Shown in pieces: positions 34,163 to 44,100 of a stretch of DNA of 51,687 nucleotides. Each line of letters starts with the position of its first letter. The first letter of the stretch is position 1. Source of the DNA: an uncultured Hormoscilla sp. (GTDB taxonomy: Bacteria; Cyanobacteriota; Cyanobacteriia; Cyanobacteriales; Desertifilaceae); assembly GCA_963921275.4 (NCBI GenBank), contig CAWUFA030000004.1, forward strand, positions 1-51,687, given 5' to 3'. Made by a program: the position numbers and the translations under genes. The notes beneath the pieces are model-generated. The model was not told the DNA's origin, ran no database searches, and worked only from the letters and a program-made list of their open reading frames with translations.

Positions 34163-34458
34163 TTTGAAATATCGAAGACAGTGCAAAGGTTTTAGTATTT
34201 ATAACCCTAATCTTTTTTCAAACAACTGTTTTATGGTTGTGTTTACTTCTTAGAGTTATAGCCTCTATCTAGCTATTTTTCAACAGCTGTGGTCGTCACG
34301 TAGGAAATCTGTAATGCTTTTTTCTGCAGAGACAACTACCGGAAAACGTGGAGGTTATAAAAACAGTCTTAAACTCTAAAAATTCATAAAATCAAGCAAA
34401 ACGTGAGTAAGATGACAGAGCTATGCTGTTATTTTCACTAACTGTTTTATTTTACAGA

Positions 34459-34900
34459 ATGTATCAGTGCAGTATATGCTTGAAGAATTTCTCTACGTTG
34501 CAGGCGGTGAAAGATCACCGCCGGGTGCAACATTTTTTGATTTATTATCGGTAAGTATTTGTATAAAATTTCAACCCCAACCAAAACCAAGAATTCGACT
34601 ATTTTTCAGATGCCCCCTTTGCGGGCGAAAATTTAAAACTAGAAATGGGTACCGGAGACACTTTCTCCGGTGTTATATAAACCGTGGAGGGACTGTGGAG
34701 ATCCCTTTTGTTAATATCATAGTAAGTTCCACTTCTTGTAGTGATTATATCTTTTTCAGCTGTGATGAGTTTTATTCAGACTACAGAGTTCAGCAGCTAC
34801 ACTGAATTTCAGCTGCGATGAATGTTATATTCAGGCTACAAAACTCAGCAACTAGTCTGTGCCGTTAGACTAATGATGTGTTTTTTATTTTCAGATCTGA
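34459..34900 (+). CDS. Predicted spliced two-zinc-finger protein (~69 aa): exons 34459-34550, 34610-34721 and 34895-34900
   Basis: The joined frame reads MYQCSICLKNFSTLQAVKDHRRVQHFLIYYR-CPLCGRKFKTRNGYRRHFLRC... Introns are GTAAGT..TTTTCAG. There is also a 5'-UTR intron at 34403-34457 (GTGAGT/CTAAC/TTACAG), a TATA box at ~34355 and AATAAA at ~34937. The last exon is uncertain. Confidence 0.75.
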
Positions 34901-35069
34901 CGACCACGTTTATTATTGTCTTGCGTTTAAACGGAAAATAAAACACCTCAAAACACTTGAATAAGACTGCTTCAGTTATCGCTTGCAAATGCGCGTGACG
35001 TCATCGGTTTAGATCGACTAAAGAAAAAAGCTCATTCGTCTCGTATAGGTCTAGCATCGACTAGTAAAC

Positions 35070-35390
35070 GGTTGATTCCAGAAATAGGCGAAGAGATTTG
35101 TGAGATTTAAACCTTTTGGGAGCGGTTTCGCTGTACAAGATGTTGTGTAGAAGATAGTCAGTGTTATCTGCTTTGTAGTATAAGCGTTGACAGAGTTTTT
35201 TCGGTGACAGCTTGGTGGTTGTATTCCTCAAGAGTGGTGGTAAAAAATTCACAGGGGTGGGTGCAGCCAGAGACGAGTCGCATTACCTCGTTTAATGATA
35301 CGTCTAGTGTTTTTGTGTGGGTGCTTTGGCACCAGACAGGGGTACAATACTCAGTTGGTGTAAACACAAGCGCTGTAGCGGAGGTTTTTT
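35070..35390 (-). pseudogene. Decayed, frameshifted fragment of a non-LTR retrotransposon ORF (region C-terminal to RT)
   Basis: KTSATALVFTPTEYCTPVWCQSTHTKTLDVSLNEVMRLVSGC, then in another frame LLHNIL...PKRFKSHK. This resembles the AL..S.AEYC.PVW..S.H...D..LN..MR...G and KRLKSR motifs of LINE proteins (recognised from memory). Confidence 0.65.
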
Positions 35391-35945
35391 AGTTTGTGCA
35401 AACGGTTTCTGTATGTTAGACTCCGATCTAGGATGATTGTAAGGTATGTAGGATATTACTGGGTGGAAACTGCTTTACGTTCCTGTCGTCCACCTACAGC
35501 GGTTATTATACTAGCGAAATTTGCAACGACTTGTCAGTTTCATCTCTGCAGCGTCGCGCATCGCTGATGTGTGTGTGTGTGACGTCATCGGTTTAGATCG
35601 AACAGCTAGCAGGAAACAATTCAGTAACCTGAGTCGACGCGAATTTTACTGAGCTAGCGTCACGCATCGCTGACTTCCTTCATCAGCACACGACTAAGAG
35701 AGACGTTGCGCTTCACTGATTCAATGCGTAATTTTACTACGATTAACGCATCGCTGATTCACTTTATCAACAAACTTTACTACGGTTGAGGGTTACTTCA
35801 GGTCGTTCTCGATTAACTGACGCTCCTAAGAATAGTTTGTTTTCCATCAAACGAGAATAGTATAAGACATAAATTTTATTGAGCATAAAACAGAAGAAGA
35901 CACAAATTAACATTCACAATAAATCTAGGAGAGAATAAGTGTAAA

Positions 35946-38900
35946 TTAAAGATCAAGAGGAGTTGTTGAAATCCCGTCTCCCAGAACTTTCCGCTTTCCG
36001 TAAAAAAAACCTAACCCACTTCTTTTTTGAGTGTAGGTGAAAACTTGGTGGTTTTTACATACAAACCCTTTGTTCACCCCTACACCACTGCATTTGGTTT
36101 CGAGAACATCTAAATAGGTGTCGAAGTTAAATTTATTTAATTTTGTAGACAATCCCTTGCAAGCTTTTTTAATGTGATTGCTGTCGCTTTCACCCCCCTG
36201 AAGAACCTCTTTTTCACTAATGTATGTTTTCGGCGCCAAAGCCAGCATCTTACTCCCGAAGAACTCCAGTTTCAAGAGCCCTGGGGTCCGTTTATCAAAT
36301 ATTTCACGAGTTTTGCAGCAATCTCTTTGTACCCACTCTACATTTTGAACCCGGGCCTTGATGAACTCTTTTTTGTGGAGTTCGCAAGCTAAACTAGGAA
36401 AGAAATAGTGGTAGTTTTGGAAAAACTCTTCTCTCAGTTCTGGTTTCACCGCATCATCCAGAGAGTTGCTACAAAGAGAGAGATATAGCGAATCGGTATC
36501 CATTTCAACAAATTCGTAGCAGTCATCCGGAAGATATTTTTTGATGCAGTCATAAACAAATTCCAGCATCTTCAATTTTGCCCAGGAGTAGACATACAAA
36601 CCAATTTGAAGAGGGAGATCGAATGTGACGTGTTTTTTAAGACTTTTTACCTCATAGAGATCATTGTCCACCAAATCTAGATTCACAAATCTGGGGGAGT
36701 TTATGGCTTTATCTACAGTGGACTGATTGTGATAGGAAATAGTTTTATATCGGTCTTTTCTCAAGAGGGATGATGAATATCCGCTGTTGCCAATCAACTT
36801 CCACGTGTCCGCTAACATCTTCCTGGAGGAGTCAATATCTCCCATCCTTCTTCCATCGCTCACATCTCGTGAAAACTTTTCAAAAGGTTTTTCAGGGGTA
36901 AATTCCACAAACTCATAAATTTTGGTGATTACTAACCCATGGTCAAGATACCATTTTGCTAAAGGTGTGGTCAGCAGGATTTTCTCACCAAAATAGCTAG
37001 ATATCAGCATCCTTCTTGGTTTTTTTAAGAGTCCGTTCTCCTCCGCAAATCTCTTCATCAACTCTCCAACATCCTCTCTTCCAACCATAACATTTTTAAA
37101 GATAGGAGGAAATTCGTTAAAGAGTTGTTTCAGGTGGTTAGGAGTGTGAATATCCACTAAAACAAAACCAAATAACTCACCACTTTGAACCCCTTTTAAA
37201 ATTTTTTGGTAGGATAGACGGCGTCTAGGTCTGACAGATTTCAACGTTTTGGTGAAGGAGATCACATCCTCCTCCAAAGATAACCGCTTCCACTGACATT
37301 CCCAAATGAATCGAACACGAAAACCACAATCCTCTAGTAGTTTTATTTTCTCTTCCGTGTTTTGGCGCAGCTCTTGGAAGGTTTTCCCGTTTACTGAGTT
37401 CACTCCTCCTGGATTTTGACATCTTTCGCATCCGTGCCACCAACAGCCGAAAAACTCAAAAGCCTCTCGAGTCTCTTCACAAAATCCATCTACTGGAAGA
37501 TTTCTGGAGGTAAGGCGACGCTCACCAACATTGAAATCGTGCTCGATGAATTTACCCTCAGTCGCAGCAATCCAGCTTAACCACTGATAGGAGGCTAATC
37601 CAAATTTGTGTGGAGTCTTTGGATGATATCTTTCCTCCTCTTTATATCTCACGAAATACCCCACCGGAAGTGTTTGAGATAGGGCCCATAGGTAAAGGGC
37701 GTTAACGTCGTAACCGCGAATAATCTGGCAAATTTTTGGGTTGGGGTATAGATGACTTTTAATGAAAGTTTCGTTTTTGATGGCTAATCTTTTAAATACT
37801 AAGCTTGGACCCCCCACCAACTGATCGAGCATGAGCTGATGAAGATCTGCGTTTTTCTTATCAATCAGGGAAAAGAAACAATCTACTGTTTGTTTAAATA
37901 AAAATCTCTTTGTTATTCCGCTGACGCTAAACGATTCCTTAAATAAGTCCAACCCTTTACTTTGATAAAACCCCACACATTTTTCCACAGCTTCCACGAA
38001 TGGTTGTACATCAAGGTTATTGTAATAGAGCAGTAAATCGCGAAGAGAGGTCCAGTTCTCCTCCTGCCATTTTCTGACTACTGCTTGGTAGTCCTCCAGT
38101 GAGATGTTGCTTTCTTTTAGATTGCTGTAGAATGCTTCGTGGTTGGGGAGGGTGTGATTTAGCTTTTCAAGACTATCCACGTACTCGTAGGGAAAGAAAA
38201 ATTTAGTTTGACTGACGTCATAAGCTTTGATGAATTTATCGTATGAAAATCCCGGGGCAATGTAATTTTTTATGTCTAAAAATCTTAACGTTTCTGTCTT
38301 AATGCACATAAAATGATTGCTCCTCTTGATCACAAAGTCTAATTTCGGTAAAAGCACTCGAATCAACTGTTTTTTAATTAAATTAAGATCATAGGATCCG
38401 GAGTTGAAACCAAGAACAATGTGGTTTTTCAAGAATTTTTCAAATTTCAGCTTCAGCTTTTCGCTTTTGACGTTTTCACTGACAGACAGATCATCAAACA
38501 CATATTGATATTTTGCTTTCAACAAATCGAATGCTGTGGACGCCATTTGCTCTAAATATTCAATTACCTTCTCAACCAATTTAAGAGAATCACCATCGGA
38601 GATGTAGCAGGTTGGGGATCTGAAACCGGGAATATTGGAGCAAAGAGAGCAGCTGAGAGGGATATGTTTGGCTTGATGTTCAAGGAGAGAGGTATTGGGG
38701 GGTAGATTTTCCTTTGAAAGGATGCATTCGAAATCAAACACCGAGAAATAAGGGTAAAATCGATCACTTTTGGGGACAGGAATACCAAGCTCTAGCAGTT
38801 CTTCAAAAATGGTGGGGGTAAGCCTAAAAACACCTCCTTTATACGTGTATTTTACTTGCCCTTGACAGTGTTTAATATGATGGTTGAAATTCCTTTGATG

Positions 38901-40334
38901 ATACCATAAAACATCACATTTTAGACATTGAAAAACGCTAGAATACTTCTCAAAATGAAAAATGTAGCTAAAATGGTTTTCAAAAAGATTGAGCTTCATA
39001 GTTTTGGGATAAATTTTTCGTGAGTTTTGTATAAGACGACAAACTGTTTCATTTTCAAATTCTGCTAGCTCATACACCATCACATTAATTTCGAAGAGAT
39101 CCTCCACAAAAAGAAGATCATGTAAACATACCCCTTGAAAGCTAGAAGCTGAAATTTGTTGTTTGTGACAATATAAACGAAATTTTGTTTGAGTGTCAGC
39201 TTCTAAATTATTCAACTGAAAGCCAAAAAACAAACTCAAACAGCGAAAAATACATAAACGATCTTGATACAGTTCACCTGTATTAAAATCTGTAGTTAAA
39301 CTATGCACACCCTGGTTATGCAAAAGAAAAGGAGGTAATGTAACAGGTTGACCAATTACTGTTTTTCTTAGTTTGTTCACATAAAAGGTAATATTGGTGG
39401 TAGACAAATATCGCCACTTTGTGTCAGGTCTATCAAAATTTTCAAAATCGTGTTCTGAGACAGTCTCTAAAAAACGTGACAATTGATCGCTATCACTAAT
39501 TAATTCTGCGGTATTCATCACACAATGATTATTATAGGATGGGTGAAAAAATCGAAGCGCGTCAGATTCAATATTTTTCAAAATGTAACCAAAACTATAA
39601 TTAATTTTAAAACGCGAATTTTGGTTACTCATGATAGTACTATGAATTTGGTGTAGTAAATCATTTATGTTGGAGTTAAGAAAGAAATTATATATATCCT
39701 GTATAGGTCTGATGATGCTTCTTGTTCGAATTTGGGTCCATTTCTCCCGAATAAAATTTCTGTTGAGGAAGAGAGTATTAGAACAGTCTAAGGAATAATC
39801 TGGGAAATGTTTACCTTAACTCTTCATTTTCAATCGCTGGTGGTTCTTCTTCCTCCGCGGATTGCTTTGGAATGCTGCATAAAACACGCAATGAACACAG
39901 CACAATGCTGAGAAATTTTGCATTCGCTTACCTGGTATCAGCTCTTCTTTTCTGAGGTTTTGGCGTGGGTCCACTCCCCTTCTCCGCAGATTGTTTTGGA
40001 ATGCTGAATAAAGTATGCATTAAACACAGCGCAATGTTGAGAAATTTTAATTCACTTACCTGGAATCAGTTCTTTTTTTGTGTGGTTTTGCCTTCGAACC
40101 CCTTTTCTCTGTGCAGTGATGTCTCGCTAGCTCAAGAGAGTTTGAGAAGTCCACACCACACAGACGACAAACACAACATTTTTCTTGATGCCTCTTCATA
40201 ACATCTTTTCGATTAAATTTTTTGAAGCACTTCTCGCACTGCACCTCAGCATTTTGGTGAACAGTTTCGATGTGTCTTTTAAGATCTCTCGCTCTCGTGA
40301 AGGTCTTGCCACAAATCTCACAAATTTTCTCCAT
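35946..40334 (-). CDS. polB: Protein-primed family B DNA polymerase; predicted 4 exons (40334-40060, 40003-39932, 39874-39815, 39759-35946; 1406 aa) with N-terminal zinc fingers
   Basis: Exo motifs FDFE, FNSGSYD and YNNLDV; polymerase motifs YDVNALY, KLIGNSGY and MDTDS. Three 55-57-nt GT-AG introns join the zinc-finger ORF in frame to the 1228-aa ORF (35946-39632). Confidence 0.92.
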
Positions 40335-40366
40335 TTTTGAATGTGTGTTTTGATTTCTGCTTGCGT

Positions 40367-40500
40367 TTTTATAGCCAACACCATATGGTGAAACGAGGAA
40401 TTTTTGAGAATTACGTAATAAAAACAGTGGTGAAATAAAACATTGCATTTTTGAGAATTACGTAATAAAAACATTGGTGAAATAAAAACATTGGTGTAAT
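40367..40500 (-). promoter_or_regulatory. Putative polB promoter: TATA box plus a tandem ~47-bp repeat containing TTACGTAA palindromes
   Basis: CTATAAAA on the minus strand ~35 nt before the ATG at 40334. TTTTTGAGAATTACGTAATAAAAACA.TGGTGAAATAAAA occurs twice. Confidence 0.5.
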
Positions 40501-41053
40501 GCAGTTAAAAATATTTATTCGCTCATTGCTAAAAATTGTTTATCTTTTCAAGAGAACGTGATCAACTCCAAAAAATTGTTTATAGCTACTTTCAAGCCGT
40601 TAGAAAACGTGACCACCTCGGAGCTTTCTAGCTTCCGTTGGCATCAGTTTTTGTTGATAGTCGTGATTCAGCATTGATGATTGGCTGAGACTTTCACGCC
40701 CCATGTTTATGTGATAGATTTCTAGCTATCTTACAGACCATATGTTCAAAATGCAGTTAATATCGAAGTGGCGGTATTCTCAAGAGGGGTGCCCACAAAT
40801 CAAGTTTTATTTACAAGTTGTATTGATATTGGTTTAAGTTGTTTACAAGCTGGTACATGTTGTCTTTGTGTTACCGTTTGTTTACAAGTACACGTTGTCA
40901 TTTGTTTACAAGTTGGTACACGTTACCATTTGTTTACACGTGTTTGCAATGTACTTCAAGGTCATGTATCACCTCAGAAGTCACGTTCGGAAATGACGTA
41001 GGGCGCCGCAGAGCGCCGCAAAATCCGGGTCGAAAGTGTCGTTATATACTACT
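40468..41053 (-). repeat. Right terminal inverted repeat (~586 bp)
   Basis: Reverse complement of 25149-25735; ends ...TTATATACTACT. Confidence 0.95.
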
Positions 41054-41129
41054 CCCGCGATTATCTCAAATGTGGATAACTCGGTCATAGAATTTCTGTT
41101 GGTGGGGACTGCGTTCGCGCTATCCCTTA
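41054..41129 (+). pseudogene. U1: 3' part (nt 89-164) of the interrupted U1 gene
   Basis: Resumes CCCGCGATTATCTCAAATGTGG... and carries a private G>A change at 41087. Confidence 0.96.
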
Positions 41130-44100
41130 ATTGTCGTCGCTTTTAATCGCTGCCCACACTTTGCCAGCCAGCTTATCAGTTCGTTTCGAGTCGATTTTGC
41201 AAAAGAACTAGCTCATAGGCAAGCTGCTTCGCTTAAAAAGCTCGTTTTCGCAAAACGCTATCGCCTACGACCATACCACGTTGAACGCACCCCATCTCGT
41301 CCGATCTGGGAAGTTAAGCAACGTCGGGCTCGGTTAGTACTTGGATGGGTGACCGCCTGGGAATACCGAGTGTTGTAGGCTTTTGCTTGAATGTTTTTTT
41401 TTTCAAAACAAGCGCGCCAACTTGTGACGAAAGTTGCGTTTTGGCACTCGAAATCAAACCGCAAGCAGAAGAGCGTTCAAAGGCAATAAAGCGGCTGCTC
41501 GACGATTGTTGGGCATTCTATTTGAATAAGGTAAGTTGAGCGCTATGAAGTGCTGTTTTTTTCAAAAATAAAGGACGAGCTGCGAGAACCTATCTCAAAA
41601 GCTCCTTAAAGATATATATCTAGAATATCAACGTGTGGTGATGGTGCGTGCGTGCACGCATTGTTTAACCCTTTGAGGATCATAATATTCTAATTTATAA
41701 AATTTGAGACAATTCCTTTATTGTTTGGAAACAACAAAGTTACAATGAATTTCAGAAAAATGGTTATTACGTCATAATGATATAAGATGTAACAATCATG
41801 TAACATATGTGTTACATTATCCCTCAAAGGGTTAAGAAAGAGAGGGGGAACGGCGGTGTTGATTCGTACTTGGAAATCGCTTCTCGGCTCTCAAGAGCTA
41901 AGATCAAGTGTAGTATCTGTTCTTCTCAGTTTAATACCTGGGACGGCCAGCATCGCTGGGCCCTTGTATTAATCGTATGTTTGAACAGAGGGTGACGATT
42001 GAAAGCTTGCTTTGTCGCACCCACGGGTTGTCCCGGTATTGCAGTACCTCCGGGCTCGGCCCACACCCGCCACTGGCGGGTTTGCTTGTTGTTTCATTTC
42101 AATCTCGATTGATTCAATAGTGATTTTCTTGCATCTTTTCTTTTGCATTTCAAAACGACGACGATTGCTTGCTGGTCGTCATTCTAGAGCCAGCCTTCAA
42201 ATTTCAAAAGCGCTCGAGCGAGGGCCTTCAGGAAAATCATGCTCTCCCCTTACCAAGCGCTCGAGCAAGCCAGCAAGCAAAAGTAACCACAGGTGTGCCA
42301 CTGAAGCGCTTCAATCAGGCTCGTGGCAAGCGCGCAAAAACTCATACTTACCTGACGAGGGTCTTCACCGTGATCACGTAGGCGGTGGGCCCAGGGCGAG
42401 GCCCGATCATTGCACTTCGGCCGGGTTGACCCCCGCGATTATCTCAAATGTGGATAACTCGGTCGTAGAATTTCTGTTGGTGGGGACTGCGTTCGCGCTA
42501 TCCCTTAATTGTCGTCGCTTTTAATCGCTGCCCACACTTTGCCAGCCAGCTTATCAGTTCGTTTTGAGGCGATTTTGCAAAAGAACTAGCTCATAGGCAA
42601 GCTGCTTCGCTTAAAAAGCTCGTTTTCGCAAAACGCTATCGCCTACGACCATACCACGTTGAACGCACCCCATCTCGTCCGATCTGGGAAGTTAAGCAAC
42701 GTCGAGCTCGGTTAGTACTTGGATGGGTGACCGCCTGGGAATACCGAGTGTTGTAGGCTTTTGCTTGAATGTTTTTTTTTTCAAAACAAGCGCGCCAACT
42801 TGTGACGAAAGTTGCGTTTTGGCACTCGAAATCAAACCGCAAGCAGAAGAGCGTTCAAAGGCAATAAAGCGGCTGCTCGACGATTGTTGGGCATTCTATT
42901 TGAATAAGGTAAGTTGAGCGCTATGAAGTGCTGTTTTTTTTAAAAATAAAGGACGAGCTGCGAGAACCTATCTCAAAAGCTCCTTAAAGATATATATCTA
43001 GAATATCAACGTGTGGTGATGGTGCGTGCGTGCACGCATTGTTTAACCCTTTGAGGATCATAATATTCTAATTTATAAAATTTGAGACAATTCCTTTATT
43101 GTTTGGAAACAACAAAGTTACAATGAATTTCAGAAAAATGGTTATTACGTCATAATGATATAAGATGTAACATATGTGTTACATTATCCCTCAAAGGGTT
43201 AAGAAAGAGAGGGGGAACGGCGGTGTTGATTCGTACTTGGAAATCGCTTCTCGGCTCTCAAGAGCTAAGATCAAGTGTAGTATCTGTTCTTCTCAGTTTA
43301 ATACCTGGGACGGCCAGCATCGCTGGGCCCTTGTATTAATCGTATGTTTGAACAGAGGGTGACGATTGAAAGCTTGCTTTGTCGCACCCACGGGTTGTCC
43401 CGGTATTGCAGTACCTCCAGGCTCGGCCCACACCCGCCACTGGCGGGTTTGCTTGTTGTTTCATTTCAATCTCGATTGATTCAATAGTGATTTTCTTGCA
43501 TCTTTTCTTTTGCATTTCAAAACGACGACGATTGCTTGCTGGTCGTCATTCTAGAGCCAGCCTTCAAATTTCAAAAGCGCTCGAGCGAGGGCCTTCAGGA
43601 AAATCATGCTCTCCCCTTACCAAGCGCTCGAGCAAGCCAGCAAGCAAAAGTAACCACAGGTGTGCCACTGAAGCGCTTCAAACAGGCTCGTGGCAAGCGC
43701 GCAAAAACTCATACTTACCTGACGAGGGTCTTCACCGTGATCACGTAGGCGGTGGGCCCAGGGCGAGGCCCGACCATTGCACTTCGGCCGGGTTGACCCC
43801 CGCGATTATCTCAAATGTGGATAACTCGGTCGTAGAATTTCTGTTGGTGGGGACTGCGTTCGCGCTATCCCTTAATTGTCGTCGCTTTTAATCGCTGCCC
43901 ACACTTTGCCAGCCAGCTTATCAGTTCGTTTCGAGTCGATTTTGCAAAAGAACTAGCTCATAGGCAAGCTGCTTCGCTTAAAAAGCTCGTTTTCGCAAAA
44001 CGCTATCGCCTACGACCATACCACGTTGAACGCACCCCATCTCGTCCGATCTGGGAAGTTAAGCAACGTCGAGCTCGGTTAGTACTTGGATGGGTGACCG

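Larger units (their letters stand above)
25149..41053. mobile_element. Full-length Polinton/Maverick (15,905 bp) with 6-bp TSD CCCGCG
   Basis: Termini AGTAGT...ACTACT; CCCGCG duplicated at 25143-25148 and 41054-41059; long TIRs; encodes pPolB, rve integrase, ATPase, protease and major and minor capsid proteins. Confidence 0.98.

Noticed and set aside
34467..34805. 112-aa ORF as a single-exon gene
   Set aside because: It has a non-ATG start and reads through introns. The spliced two-finger model from 34459 explains the region better.
35568..35580. (GT)n microsatellite as a LINE 3' tail
   Set aside because: It is short and lies at the 5' side of the minus-strand LINE fragment, not where a tail would be.
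39925..40063. CTTACCTG matches to the U1 5' end inside the Polinton (possible captured U1 or guide sequence)
   Set aside because: These are consensus splice donors (CAG|GTAAG) of polB introns read on the opposite strand.
25929..40474. Short ORFs antisense to or nested in Polinton genes (e.g. 25945-26286, 29012-29353, 33944-34195, 40196-40474)
   Set aside because: They are shadow frames of well-supported genes with no motifs.
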